Shown one piece after another: positions 9,138 to 19,299 of a stretch of DNA of 64,000 bases; positions within the stretch are counted from its first letter, which is position 1, and the number at the start of each line of letters is the position of its first letter. The notes under the pieces were generated by a model. It was not told the DNA's origin and did no database searches. It saw nothing but the letters and a program-made list of their open reading frames with translations. Source of the DNA: a virus. Its lineage: Duplodnaviria > Caudoviricetes. The stretch is taken from positions 373,491 to 437,490 of the IMG/VR virus record IMGVR_UViG_3300021978_000001; one strand, given 5' to 3'. Made by a program: the position numbers and the translations under genes.

Positions 9138-9917
9138 TCAAGGGTTGGTCGGCACGTAGCAGATCCAGATGTCGTATGCATCTTCGAGGCGGTAGCAAGC
9201 GACGCCATCACGCGCGAGGCCCTGTGCATCGAACGGAGGCATGGCGGTGATGATCGCGGGGCGTCCCCAACGCGTGTGCGTGGCATCGTAGCTTTTGATC
9301 ACAGCACGGCTCAGGAGGGTGGTGTTGTTCCCGGACTTCAGGCGCTTCATGAAGTCACCATAGGTGGCATCGAAGTCCTGGAGGTAGCCCTTGGGGTTAG
9401 CTGGGAACCAGCTCTTTCCGCCCTTCTGCTTGCCTTCCTCGGGGAAGTCCCCCGCGAACTGATCACTCTGTTCTTTCCAGCGCTCAATCTTGTTGGGCTG
9501 CGCGACCATCAAGTCTTTCCAATCACGCACCAAGGGACGAGAGGCTTGCTTCTCGGTTCCTGCTTCAACGGCCCCCTCAGAAGCATCTTCAGAGACGAAG
9601 GCATACTTCTCGATCAGGGGCATGAGCACCGAACGGTGTTCAGGCTGCTCGAACGCGATGCGGATGAGTTGATCACGAATATCTTGTGCGGCTTTTCGGT
9701 ATTTCATGTCGCTGTGGCTGTAGAAGCTGGGGTCATCGGTGGTCTTACCCTTGAGCGCTCCCTCATCGACAAGCTCATCGAAGGCTTCATACATCGCGAG
9801 GTCGTCGGGATCACTCTTGTCCATGTACACGTCTTGCATGCTGAATTGCTTGCCACCAGGGGCAAACTTATCCATGATCAGGCTCTTGATGCGTTCGATG
9901 TCACGGCGCGTGGGCAT
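9138..9917 (-). CDS. hypothetical protein, possible internal virion protein
   Basis: ATG 9917; RKAA / LIRIA...P.L motifs resembling other R/K-x-A proteins in the window. Confidence 0.6.
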   Translation of the reverse strand: MPTRRDIERIKSLIMDKFAPGGKQFSMQDVYMDKSDPDDLAMYEAFDELVDEGALKGKTTDDPSFYSHSDMKYRKAAQDIRDQLIRIAFEQPEHRSVLMPLIEKYAFVSEDASEGAVEAGTEKQASRPLVRDWKDLMVAQPNKIERWKEQSDQFAGDFPEEGKQKGGKSWFPANPKGYLQDFDATYGDFMKRLKSGNNTTLLSRAVIKSYDATHTRWGRPAIITAMPPFDAQGLARDGVACYRLEDAYDIWICYVPTNP

Positions 9918-10059
9918 GTTTGTCTCTCGAAGGGCGAGCAAGGAGGCTTGACGCCTTGCTTGTTCTGTGTTATCATCCAGAGTCTTGCATACAGCAGTCT
10001 CGGTGTGAATCATCATGCTGTGATTACAAACACAATACCAACGTAAAGAGGACCCCTAC

Positions 10060-12351
10060 ATGGCGGACATGTCGGCTCAGATCCAGGACCTTTACCTCGA
10101 ATACGCTGTCGCGGTCGTAACGGGACGCGCGCTTCCCGATGCTCGCGATGGCTTGAAACCCGTGCAACGTCGCATCCTTTATGCAATGGCCAGGGACCTC
10201 AAGCTCTCGCCAGGTGCCAAACATCGCAAGAGCGCGGCTATTGTGGGGCGCGTGCTCGGGGCGTATCACCCGCACGGCGATCAGTCAGTGTATGACGCCA
10301 TGGTGCGCATGGCACAGGACTTTTCGATGCGTTATCCGCTCGTGGACCCACAAGGTAACTTCGGGTCGATTGACGGGGATAACGCTGCATCGATGCGCTA
10401 CACCGAAGCGCGCCTCGCGCCCATGGCAGAGCGTCTGCTCGGGGAACTAGGGCAAGACACCGTGGACCATGACGAGAACTACGATGCCACCACACAGGAG
10501 CCCGTGGTGCTGCCTGCGGAGATCCCCAACCTGCTCATGAATGGTGCCCAGGGGATCGCTGTGGGGATGGCTACCAATATCCCACCCCACAATGCTACCG
10601 AACTGCTCGACGCGCTTATCGACCTGTGCAATCACCCAGAGCGCAGGGTATCGACGCTCATCAAGAATCACATCAACGGCCCTGATTTTCCATCGGGAGG
10701 TGTGATTGTCGAGGGTGAAGACGCGATCATCAAGGTCTATGAGGAGGGCACAGGCTCCCTGACGATGCGGGGTCAGTGGGAACTCGAAGACATGGGGCGT
10801 GGGCGCCAACGTCTGGTCTTTACTGAACTGCCCTATCAGGTGAACAAGGCAGACCTCTTCGAGAAGTGCGCGCAAGCGGTGTATGATGGGGAGATTCCCC
10901 AGGTCTCCGAGGTGCGAGATGAATCGACCGATGACATTCGCCTCGTGTTTGACCTCAAGAAAGGGGAGGACGTCGAGGTCGTGCTCGCGTACCTGTTCAA
11001 GCACACGGCATTGGAGACCAAGTTCCATTACAACTTGACCGCGCTCATTCCGCTCGCGGTGCACGAAGGGGAAGACCCGAGTGACCCGGACACCGAGTTG
11101 ACGCTCGTGCCTTTGCAAAGCGACCTCGTGACGTTGCTCAAGGCGTTCCTTCAACATCGCGTGCGCACGGTCACGCGCCGCACGCGTCACGCGCTCAAGC
11201 TCTTGCAACGCCGCATTCATATCCTGGAGGGCTTCGAGGCCGCGTTCGCAGATGTGGACCGCCTCGTGGCGCTCGTGCGTCAAGCGTCCTCCAAATCAGA
11301 TGCGCGAGAGAACGTCCAGGAAGCCTTTGGTCTCGACCATGATCAAGCTGAAGCGGTCGTGGCGATGGCCTTGCACCGTCTCGCGAGCACCGAGGTCGCT
11401 GATGTCCTCGCGGAACTCGCGGACAAGCGCGCGCAAGCAGAGAAGCTCAAGACCTTACTCGGAGATGCGACCAGCGTGCGAAGTCTCGTGCGCGAGGAGT
11501 TCATTCAGGTCAAGCAGACGCTCTCGGATGCGCGCAAGACACGTATCGAAGCGGCACCCGCGCGAAGCTACGAGTACGAAGAGGAAGCCTACATCCAATC
11601 GCAAGATGTGCATGTCATCTTGACACGTGAGGGTTGGGTGCGCGCGCAGAAGTCTTACTCGGACCTTTCGGCCTTGCGATGCAGGGACGGGGATGAGGTC
11701 GGTTGGGCGCTCGCATGCAACACTCGGGATGTCCTGGTTGTGTTCACTTCGCGAGGCAAAGCCTACAGCGTGCGCGTCGATGAGCTGGAGCTGACGACGG
11801 GGTATGGTTCCCCTGTGCAGACCTTCCTCTCTTTCGAGGATGGCGAACGCGTGGTCGCGGCGCATGTATGTTTGTACGAGCAAACACCGACCGAGGAGAT
11901 GATCAGCGTGACCAGTGATGGTCAGGTGGTTCGTTTCGCCCTGGAGGGGTATCATATCCCATCCAAGGTGACGGGACGTCTCTATCAGCGCATCAAGGCA
12001 GGGGCGCGCGTCCTCAACGTCGAGTGCTACCACCAGGGCCAGGAGGATCGCGTGGTGCTCGCGACGCGCGATGGTAAGGGGATCAGCTTTGACCCGGAAG
12101 AGTGCCGGGTCTTTTCGGGCGCGGGGTATGGCTTGACCGCCATCAACCTCGGGAAAAAGGATGAGGTCCTGGCTTACATGCTGCTCGGTCCTTCGCGCGA
12201 TGATAACATGTACCTGGAGACCAACCGAGGCGCAGAACGCATGCTTACCCACCAGACGTACAAGTCACAGCGTCGCGGGGGCAAGGGCTTCACCATCATC
12301 AAGCGAGGTCACCTCGTGGTCTGGAGACGTCCTGTGGTGCAACAGCTCTAA
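10060..12351 (+). CDS. type IIA topoisomerase subunit A (GyrA/ParC-like)
   Basis: [33 protein letters not shown], catalytic [32 protein letters not shown]-terminal pinwheel blades; gyrase versus topo IV not resolved. Confidence 0.95.
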   Translation: MADMSAQIQDLYLEYAVAVVTGRALPDARDGLKPVQRRILYAMARDLKLSPGAKHRKSAAIVGRVLGAYHPHGDQSVYDAMVRMAQDFSMRYPLVDPQGNFGSIDGDNAASMRYTEARLAPMAERLLGELGQDTVDHDENYDATTQEPVVLPAEIPNLLMNGAQGIAVGMATNIPPHNATELLDALIDLCNHPERRVSTLIKNHINGPDFPSGGVIVEGEDAIIKVYEEGTGSLTMRGQWELEDMGRGRQRLVFTELPYQVNKADLFEKCAQAVYDGEIPQVSEVRDESTDDIRLVFDLKKGEDVEVVLAYLFKHTALETKFHYNLTALIPLAVHEGEDPSDPDTELTLVPLQSDLVTLLKAFLQHRVRTVTRRTRHALKLLQRRIHILEGFEAAFADVDRLVALVRQASSKSDARENVQEAFGLDHDQAEAVVAMALHRLASTEVADVLAELADKRAQAEKLKTLLGDATSVRSLVREEFIQVKQTLSDARKTRIEAAPARSYEYEEEAYIQSQDVHVILTREGWVRAQKSYSDLSALRCRDGDEVGWALACNTRDVLVVFTSRGKAYSVRVDELELTTGYGSPVQTFLSFEDGERVVAAHVCLYEQTPTEEMISVTSDGQVVRFALEGYHIPSKVTGRLYQRIKAGARVLNVECYHQGQEDRVVLATRDGKGISFDPEECRVFSGAGYGLTAINLGKKDEVLAYMLLGPSRDDNMYLETNRGAERMLTHQTYKSQRRGGKGFTIIKRGHLVVWRRPVVQQL

Positions 12352-12410
12352 CTTCTATATACCAACAAAGATATAAATCATAAAAAGGGGCCTTTTCTTT
12401 CGGCGCAGGC

Positions 12411-12440
12411 TTTACGCTCCTGCTATCTTGTGGTAAATAT
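12411..12440 (+). promoter_or_regulatory. recurrent phage promoter class I
   Basis: TTTACG-N17(...CTTGTGG)-TAAATAT in intergenic region. Confidence 0.7.
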
Positions 12441-12494
12441 TCTAACGTGACGACATCGAAGCAATGCTCTATCATGAAAGAAGAGGAGGTCTGT

Positions 12495-13397
12495 ATGAAG
12501 GTCGAGACGACACCCTGGTTATTATCCAGTCACTTGCACACCAAGATCGGTGTCCCTACGGGTTCGATGCATGCCCTCGAAAGAGATAAGAAGCTCTGGA
12601 GAGGGTGGCTCATTCAACGGCGCCCTGCGTCCGCGCTCGAACGGACGTACATCACGCAGGATTGGCTCTGGCGTGGTGTGAGGCTCGGGGAGTACCAGGA
12701 GGCGACAGGTATCACCGTTATCGAGGTGCCTCTCGCGTGGTTCGGGGAACTTTCCAGGCTTCGGCAAGGCAAGTGCGATCTCAAGGTTGTGAGAGAACTC
12801 GAAGACGACCTTGACACCTTGCGGACAGACAAGGGTATGATCCGTTCTCTGGAGTATGAACGAGCCACAGCGCTCACCCAGATTCAACGTGCTGTGCAAG
12901 CGATCTGGTCACACCCGAGAGCCAAGGATATGCCGCTCGGGTCCACGGATGAGTTGCTCAATCTCTTTCGTGACGTGACCCTGATACCGATGCTCGAAGA
13001 CACGTCGGAAGCGGTGACCGAGGAGATCCTTGTACCTGCAAAGAAAGGCGTGTGCGCGAGCATGGCCCGAGCCCTGATCGTGGGAGGAGACCCGAGAGCC
13101 CATGTCGAGCGCAAGGTCAAGAAAGAGCTGGGGTTCGATGATGTGGAGTGGTGGGCCACGAATGAGAGGACCAACCTGAGTGTGCACAGCGGGAAGATCA
13201 GTCAGGTGGCCCACGGGCAGTATGACATCGTGTTTTGCTTGCTTCGTTTTTGCAGACATCGTATGTTCTATGCCTTCAGGGACGCATGCAAGGCTTCGGG
13301 CACGCCTTATGGGGTCTTGCAGCGGGGCTACGGGATCAGTCAGTTCGAGCAAGCTGCTCGTGATGCCCTGGGCAAAGACGTTTATGTGCACGGGTAA
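12495..13397 (+). CDS. DUF2325-like domain protein
   Basis: GAGGAGG RBS before ATG 12495; C-terminal LIVGG...DIVFCLLRFCRH.M...RDACK..G.PY...GYG. Confidence 0.65.
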   Translation: MKVETTPWLLSSHLHTKIGVPTGSMHALERDKKLWRGWLIQRRPASALERTYITQDWLWRGVRLGEYQEATGITVIEVPLAWFGELSRLRQGKCDLKVVRELEDDLDTLRTDKGMIRSLEYERATALTQIQRAVQAIWSHPRAKDMPLGSTDELLNLFRDVTLIPMLEDTSEAVTEEILVPAKKGVCASMARALIVGGDPRAHVERKVKKELGFDDVEWWATNERTNLSVHSGKISQVAHGQYDIVFCLLRFCRHRMFYAFRDACKASGTPYGVLQRGYGISQFEQAARDALGKDVYVHG

Positions 13398-13444
13398 CAA
13401 ACCTCTTCGAGCTGTAGAACAAAAGCTGTAGAAAGACAGGAGCA

Positions 13445-13675
13445 GTGATGATCAGTCCTTATCAGGTAGCTCACCCTCACTACCGCCTCGTGGAAGCCAC
13501 CATTGATGGTTTCTTGCGCGCGCATGAATGGTCCCAACATCGGGGGTGTATCATTCACGTTCAGCGTGCATGGCACCCTGATGTGCTGGAGAACCTGCTC
13601 GCGAACTACCGTCGCACGGGGTGGTTTATCTACTACTATACCGCAGAAGAGATCGAGGCGAAGTCTCTCCAATGA
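13445..13675 (+). CDS. hypothetical protein
   Basis: AGGAG RBS; 76 aa. Confidence 0.55.
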   Translation: MMISPYQVAHPHYRLVEATIDGFLRAHEWSQHRGCIIHVQRAWHPDVLENLLANYRRTGWFIYYYTAEEIEAKSLQ

Positions 13676-13823
13676 AATGGAGAGCTTCACAGAGCTTTAT
13701 GGGGAGCTGCCGGAGACCTACGATACGATGTATGGGTTTGTGCTCGACGCTTCCCTGGTGTCGTAATCTCTTCTCACATTGGCCAAACACCCAGGCAACA
13801 CACCAAGGTCACACGAGGTTCCT

Positions 13824-14282
13824 ATGTTTCTCGACACCCAGGCTCCGACCACACTCGAAGAGATCACCACCTACCACGAGCTATGTGCTTACCTCGCGCT
13901 CATGTCCACCCACACCGCGCGTAATGCAGGGGTGCTGCATCATAGCGGAGATGAGTGGCACGCGCGCGCCCCTGGGGTCTTGTTATCCGAGGCAGGAAAC
14001 GCGGGATGTACCTTGCTGGTTGCCAACCTCAAGACGTGCTTCGCGCTCTCCCGGGCTTTCCCGCAGATGATCGAGGTCGAGCACGCTGATCTGGAGCACG
14101 GGTACCGCGCTAAGGTGCACGGTTTGCCTGCGCTGTTTCACGGGCAGTTCCCCGAAGATGTCATGCTCCTGCTCGCGAGCAGGGGAGAGGGGAAGCTCGC
14201 GCGTGGTTCGTTCTGCACGAACACCATGCGTTGCATCGAGGAAAGCTATCTCTTCGATGCGTTGATGCAGCCTTCTACTTGA
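13824..14282 (+). CDS. hypothetical protein
   Basis: GAGG RBS before ATG 13824. Confidence 0.6.
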   Translation: MFLDTQAPTTLEEITTYHELCAYLALMSTHTARNAGVLHHSGDEWHARAPGVLLSEAGNAGCTLLVANLKTCFALSRAFPQMIEVEHADLEHGYRAKVHGLPALFHGQFPEDVMLLLASRGEGKLARGSFCTNTMRCIEESYLFDALMQPST

Positions 14283-14320
14283 GGGCAGGTGGTGGGACCT
14301 TGTGGAGCCTCGAAAAGTGC

Positions 14321-14349
14321 TTTACAGGTTTTAGGTCTTGCGGTAAGAT
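14321..14349 (+). promoter_or_regulatory. recurrent phage promoter class I
   Basis: TTTACA-N17(...CTTGCGG)-TAAGAT. Confidence 0.75.
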
Positions 14350-14411
14350 GCGTTGTGGTAACAAGGAAAGGACACATCTAACACAGACACGAAACCAGAG
14401 AGGAGCATGCC

Positions 14412-14717
14412 ATGTTGCTGAATAAATACTACCTGAGCTTGCCGCTCGGAACGAACGGTGAGTGGGTAGCCGCGAGCACCCCGGAAGAGGCGATTCGCCA
14501 GCTCTTGCCCGAGGAAGACATCAAGGTTGTGGACACGGCGCGCGCCAAACCGCAACAGAAGAGCCCTCGTTGGGTGGTTTACGAAGTCGGTCGTGACCTC
14601 GCCCCGTGCTGGCCACGGGAGAACATCGACAACATGCCCGGTTCTGGGGGTCGTCGCGTGGACGTGGAGTATCGCGGTCAAATCCATGTCGCGTACAACG
14701 GAGACAAGAACACATGA
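14412..14717 (+). CDS. hypothetical protein
   Basis: GAGGAG RBS; first gene after promoter. Confidence 0.7.
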   Translation: MLLNKYYLSLPLGTNGEWVAASTPEEAIRQLLPEEDIKVVDTARAKPQQKSPRWVVYEVGRDLAPCWPRENIDNMPGSGGRRVDVEYRGQIHVAYNGDKNT

Positions 14718-15226
14718 AAGAGATCTCATCTTATGCCCTCACGTGGCTCCGCAGTGAGCCGGTGATTGACCTCGACGCAGACGGCGCTGTGAGCGTTGCA
14801 GAGCTGCTCGAAGCGTTCGAGCAGTACACACCCCTGGAGTTGGACCTCGACGTCCTCATGAAGGCGCTCAAGCGTTCTTCTGCGGTCGAGCTTCTCGATG
14901 GGCAGCAGCGTGTACGCGCTCGCTCGGGACATCTCCAGGACGTGGTGGTTTACCCACGCGCTGCACCTCCTCATCCTTTGTACATGGCTTGTACGCGAAG
15001 CCAGTGGGCTTACCTTCAGGATCAGGGGATCGAGGAAGGTCCCGGATACTTCGAGGTGTATGAAAGCAGTGAGGACGCGCTCAAGGCCAAGCGTGCCAAG
15101 GGCGCGCATGTCTTCCGCCTCGACGCACATGAGGGAGATCCCGAGTGCTTTTTCTTCGCAGGGCGCTGGTACATCACGTCATGCACGCCGGATGCGATGG
15201 TGCATTTGGGTTTCATGACCCGATAA
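14714..15226 (+). CDS. Tpt1/KptA (RNA 2'-phosphotransferase)-like protein, degenerate
   Basis: WLRS.P.I.LDADGAVSVAELL and RVRARSGH resemble KptA LRH...LD.DGW and RIRA.QGH; ATGA overlap. Confidence 0.65.
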   Translation: MKEISSYALTWLRSEPVIDLDADGAVSVAELLEAFEQYTPLELDLDVLMKALKRSSAVELLDGQQRVRARSGHLQDVVVYPRAAPPHPLYMACTRSQWAYLQDQGIEEGPGYFEVYESSEDALKAKRAKGAHVFRLDAHEGDPECFFFAGRWYITSCTPDAMVHLGFMTR

Positions 15227-15280
15227 AGTCTTGTTGGCCCCTGTCCTATAGACACTCTCTCGCGTCGAGAGATACCCTGT

Positions 15281-15646
15281 ATGGATGAGGCTGACGTGAA
15301 CTTCCGCATTTATGTGTATGAGTTTGAATGCAACGTGTGTGGGCATAACTGGCGCTCACACTCTACCGACGCTGATCACGAATGCGATTGCGTGCATTGT
15401 GATGGCAGCGAGGACGTGGACCGTGATCTTGTCGAGGTGGTAACCGATGAACGGGCTGCCCTGGCGTTGGTGGACGAGGAAGAGGCTTCGGCGTTGCCTG
15501 AAACCTGGGAGGAATCCTGGACAGGCATCTCGGAGCCTTTTTATCGTGGTCCACGTTTCGAGGATGACGAGAATCCCGAGGACATCCTCGCGAGACAACG
15601 TGACCCGAGACCCAATCCCGATGAATGGGAAGATGAGGAGTGGTGA
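15281..15646 (+). CDS. Zn-ribbon protein with acidic tail
   Basis: ECNVCGH...CVHCDG Cys pairs; D/E-rich C-terminus. Confidence 0.65.
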   Translation: MDEADVNFRIYVYEFECNVCGHNWRSHSTDADHECDCVHCDGSEDVDRDLVEVVTDERAALALVDEEEASALPETWEESWTGISEPFYRGPRFEDDENPEDILARQRDPRPNPDEWEDEEW

Positions 15647-15900
15647 TGCGAGCTGAAATCGAAGACGCTTTTCTGGAGTGGCAATGTGGCATCTCCCCCG
15701 ACAACCTTCAAGACTGGGTGGAGTTTGATTCTTACGATGAGAGCCTCATGTGTGTCTTTGTATGGCGTCACCAGGACTTCGATCGAATCTTGATTGCAGC
15801 TTTGGAGAATTTCCTGCAAAATGAAGTACACCCGGACCTTCGGGTTTCGACCCTCATGTGGAGGGAAGCGAAGAGGCAGCAGGGAGAAGACTCGGCATGA
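15646..15900 (+). CDS. hypothetical protein
   Basis: TGATG overlap with upstream gene. Confidence 0.6.
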   Translation: MRAEIEDAFLEWQCGISPDNLQDWVEFDSYDESLMCVFVWRHQDFDRILIAALENFLQNEVHPDLRVSTLMWREAKRQQGEDSA

Positions 15901-15927
15901 GATTTCTCGGGTCACTGGTGCTTTCTT

Positions 15928-15956
15928 TTTACACCTCAACGAGGTTATGGTATATA
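15928..15956 (+). promoter_or_regulatory. recurrent phage promoter class I
   Basis: TTTACA-N17(...TATGG)-TATATA. Confidence 0.7.
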
Positions 15957-16030
15957 GGTTATGTAGAACGCCGCTCGGGGTCCCGAACCCGTAGTAACCC
16001 GTCTCACCCCGTCAAGGAACAGGAGACATC

Positions 16031-16219
16031 ATGTTGGACAAGCTCCCGCCCGATCATATCATCGAAGAATGGCTCAAGCGCGAGAAGCAAGAGCGCGAGA
16101 GACCACGAATTGATCTACCTCTCTATCCTCCGCAGGCGCCACCTACGGAGCGAGCATCGGAGAGCCCTGTTGACCCAGATGCGCCACAGCGGGGAGTAGA
16201 TACGTTTCAGATGTGGTAG
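16031..16219 (+). CDS. small hypothetical protein (IIEE...ERPRIDLP...RGV motif)
   Basis: AGGAG RBS; 62 aa; pattern resembles a small conserved protein I recall from myxobacteria (unverified). Confidence 0.65.
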   Translation: MLDKLPPDHIIEEWLKREKQERERPRIDLPLYPPQAPPTERASESPVDPDAPQRGVDTFQMW

Positions 16220-16249
16220 CGTCCTCCTCCCCCATTATGGAAGTTGAAT

Positions 16250-16789
16250 ATGCAAGCACAGAGACAGACACGATTCTCGACCCCCTGGACCTTGCAGCTA
16301 CGATCGCTGCTCGATCATATCCAGGATGGGTTCATTCAGATGCCGGAGCACGAGGTCCCCACGGCTCCACCCCCCGGCTTCGATCAATACGTGCGTCTGA
16401 TCCTCCAGGGTTCCTTTGCGGGGACCTTCCATGTCGAAAATCTCTTCGAGGACGATAACGTGGTGAATCGGTTGGTCGATTACAAGCTCAACCACCTCCA
16501 GGCATTGATTCACGCTCTCGATGACACCATGCCTTACGAGCTTGATCTACGTGAGTACAACGCGACGATCGCAGCGTACCCGGAAGACCAACCGACCACG
16601 GTACTCTTGAGCGTCTTTAGCAATCGTTCGTTGATCTTCGAGGCGGGACGTGAGATGGGGGAGCAAGTCCAATTCGTGTTGGAAGCGTATCTGGACAGGT
16701 TCTATGAGGCGACGGTGACACGCGTGGATTGGTGTGAGGACCCTTCGCCTTACCTGGATATGACGCAGCGCGAAGGGCTCCCGTTCTGA
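16250..16789 (+). CDS. hypothetical protein
   Basis: Open frame 179 aa, converges on the tmk-like gene. Confidence 0.65.
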   Translation: MQAQRQTRFSTPWTLQLRSLLDHIQDGFIQMPEHEVPTAPPPGFDQYVRLILQGSFAGTFHVENLFEDDNVVNRLVDYKLNHLQALIHALDDTMPYELDLREYNATIAAYPEDQPTTVLLSVFSNRSLIFEAGREMGEQVQFVLEAYLDRFYEATVTRVDWCEDPSPYLDMTQREGLPF

Positions 16790-16792
16790 GCG

Positions 16793-17488
16793 TTACAGGA
16801 GAGCTACCTGACCATCGACCAGCTCGGACAGGATGTTGTGACCGACCTCGAAGACCTCTTCGGGGTTTTTTTCTGTCGTGTCGATGGTCCAAAAGTTGAA
16901 CTTCACGTCAGGGTAGTAGGAGGGCAAGGTCGAGACCAGATCACCCCGGATGATCTCGTAGCGTGTCTGGAGGCGCCGAAGATGAGAGACCCGGCGAAAC
17001 TTGGTCATGGCTTCGACCTCATCCGGGCGCGTCCCCTGTTGCATCTCGGCTGCCAGACGCGCTTCCACGCGGTCACTCGCCTTGTTGGGGTCGCAAGTAA
17101 GCTGGACAATAGAGCATTCCATACGCGTGCTCTTGACCGTACCGAGGCGCGTGATCCCGAAGAACGCTTCTGCCCCGAGCTTGTAAATAGCGTCGTAGCG
17201 CATCGCGTCCTTGAGGCACCCCTTGCCAAAACCCTGGTATGCCAGGGTGGTGATGAAGGAACGGTCAAAGATCAACACGCCCGGGTGACCGAGGCGTTGA
17301 GACACCTCGCGCTGGAAGTCTTGCAGGTGGTAGAGCGAGCGCGCGGTGAGGTCTGCCTTCTGCTCGCCTTGAGGGAGCCTTGTGGGGAAGTTGTGCGACT
17401 TGATGTCGGGTTGCTTTTGTGTGAGGTGCTTGACCAGCGTGCTTTTGCCGGTGCCGTCGATCCCGTCGATAATCATCATCTTGATCAT
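16793..17488 (-). CDS. thymidylate/dNMP kinase-like protein
   Basis: P-loop IIDGIDGTGKST, LIFDRSFITTLAYQG. Confidence 0.85.
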   Translation of the reverse strand: MIKMMIIDGIDGTGKSTLVKHLTQKQPDIKSHNFPTRLPQGEQKADLTARSLYHLQDFQREVSQRLGHPGVLIFDRSFITTLAYQGFGKGCLKDAMRYDAIYKLGAEAFFGITRLGTVKSTRMECSIVQLTCDPNKASDRVEARLAAEMQQGTRPDEVEAMTKFRRVSHLRRLQTRYEIIRGDLVSTLPSYYPDVKFNFWTIDTTEKNPEEVFEVGHNILSELVDGQVALL

Positions 17489-18045
17489 GTGTCTTCTCCT
17501 GTGTTGTGTGTAAGCTCCGCATCGAGCGCGTCGAGGTCAAAGATTGCGTATTCGCCCTTGTCCCTGTCCTTGTTATCGTGAATGAACATGGGGTGTTCGT
17601 TACTGCGTGGGTGAGGCATGTTGTTGATAGGAATCCCCCAGAAGCCTTGCGTCTGGGAATGTCTCCAACCTCTAACATCCCCCAAAGGGACCTCATCCAT
17701 GCGCAACCCCAACCAGGTCTTGATCAGGGTGGTCTCGTAACCTTGGGATAAGGTGAGTTCGACGACTTGATTGTGCAAGAGCGCAAAGCCGTAACCCTTC
17801 TCTTTCTGTTCATCGGTCAAGCTCATGTTGACCCATTCGATTTGCAGCTCGCGGGGACGTTGGTGTCTCACTTGCCGGGGTTTCCAGTTCAAGCTCTTGG
17901 CGTAGGTGGTCGCTTCATGCCAATCTTCCCAGATCCAGTTGTCCAACAAGGCATCGACTCGCTCCGCGTCCCAGTTGGAGAGCGCACTGCGCAGGTCGCC
18001 CCATACCGAGTCGGGAGCCTTGAGTGATTGCTTTTCTTCGGACAT
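17485..18045 (-). CDS. hypothetical protein (WGDLRSAL N-terminus)
   Basis: AGGAGG RBS; ATG 18045. Confidence 0.7.
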   Translation of the reverse strand: MSEEKQSLKAPDSVWGDLRSALSNWDAERVDALLDNWIWEDWHEATTYAKSLNWKPRQVRHQRPRELQIEWVNMSLTDEQKEKGYGFALLHNQVVELTLSQGYETTLIKTWLGLRMDEVPLGDVRGWRHSQTQGFWGIPINNMPHPRSNEHPMFIHDNKDRDKGEYAIFDLDALDAELTHNTGEDT

Positions 18046-18046
18046 G

Positions 18047-18077
18047 AAAAAACCTCCTGTGTAGGTCACAGGAGGTT
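18047..18077 (-). terminator. intrinsic terminator whose 3' arm is the RBS of the next gene
   Basis: Minus strand: AACCTCCTGT-GACCTAC-ACAGGAGGTT-TTTT-C-ATG. Confidence 0.75.
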
Positions 18078-18112
18078 CTCATAAAAGCGGGGCGCCGTCA
18101 AGAGAAACGGCC

Positions 18113-19093
18113 TTAGCCGTAGTATTTCGCGCCCCAACAGAAGGTGCCGTCATACTGCATGTAGATGGGGTGGAGTTGTGTGACACACTCGCTCACGACC
18201 TCGCCCTGGTCGTCCGTGATCTCGGGGCGCTGATAGACCACACAGAAGCCGTTTTGCCAGTTGGGGTTGAACATGTACTCGCACTGCGCGAGATCGTACA
18301 GGCCGCCGTTCTCCAGTGCTTGTTTGTTACGGCGGCGATCCTTGTGGTGGTACCATCCCATGCGGTGCGTGTGGCCCGTGATCAGGAAGTCGGAGCCCGC
18401 CTTGTCCAGTTCGCCACGAGCCGAGTACGCACTCATGCCGCGCGTCACGGTGCCGTGGTAGACGTCGAGGTTGCCGATGGTCAGCATGACGCCATAGTCG
18501 TAGTAATGAATCCCGAGACGCTCGAACTCCAGCAGGCTTTCGAGCGAGAAGGAACGCAGGCCATAGAGACCGTGCTCGCGCTTGATGAGGCGGCGCAGGC
18601 GCTCTTCGTGGTTGCCTTCGGTGAAGTGGAGGACGGCGGTGGGGCAGGAGCGGCGGAGACGTTCGAGGATTTCGAGGCCCTCATCGAGTTCCTCTTGCAG
18701 GGTGGGGAACCCGACATCCTTGGGGAAGGTCGAGATGGAGTGGCAGTCGAGGAAGTCCCCGTTGATCACGATGATCTCGGGTTGGATGTCCCTGCACAGC
18801 TCCAGCCACCCTTCGACCGCCTGTTTGTTGTGGAAGGGTACGTGTACATCGTTGACCACGACAATGGTGCGCCATCCCTCGGGTGCGCCTCCAAGACGCC
18901 GCCGCGCTGCTTCCTCTTCCGAGGAGGCCAGGTAGAAGGTAGGCGCCTCCAACCCGTTTCGGGTAAACGCACCGGCGAGTGCGTTCGAGGTCTCCCCGAT
19001 CTTCTCCAGCGCTTCCTCGTAGTTGGTGGTGTGCAACAGCGTGTCGAGCGCTTCACGGATGAAATCGGGTGTCCACTTCTTACTCGTGCTCAT
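18113..19093 (-). CDS. calcineurin-like metallophosphoesterase
   Basis: NDVHVP, INGDFLD, EGNHEER, VYHG, ITGHTHR motifs; start trimmed to ATG 19093. Confidence 0.9.
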   Translation of the reverse strand: MSTSKKWTPDFIREALDTLLHTTNYEEALEKIGETSNALAGAFTRNGLEAPTFYLASSEEEAARRRLGGAPEGWRTIVVVNDVHVPFHNKQAVEGWLELCRDIQPEIIVINGDFLDCHSISTFPKDVGFPTLQEELDEGLEILERLRRSCPTAVLHFTEGNHEERLRRLIKREHGLYGLRSFSLESLLEFERLGIHYYDYGVMLTIGNLDVYHGTVTRGMSAYSARGELDKAGSDFLITGHTHRMGWYHHKDRRRNKQALENGGLYDLAQCEYMFNPNWQNGFCVVYQRPEITDDQGEVVSECVTQLHPIYMQYDGTFCWGAKYYG

Positions 19094-19299
19094 GTTTACC
19101 TCTGCAACGGGTGAAATCCCTTCAAGTCCCTCGAAGATTGTTTTTTCTTCTCGGTTGGGGTGTGGTACCGTGAGAGCGCCGTCCCCAACGCACCAGACCT
19201 GACTTACAAAACGAATGTTGAAGTCATTGATCGGATGAATGGGAAAAAGATGCCTCGGGGCCACAGTTCTTGATTGAAATCCCTTGAAAGGATCGCATT

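Noticed and set aside
13677-13766. Possible 29-aa ORF MESFTELYGE...
   Set aside because: Competing frames and no clear RBS; cannot be supported.
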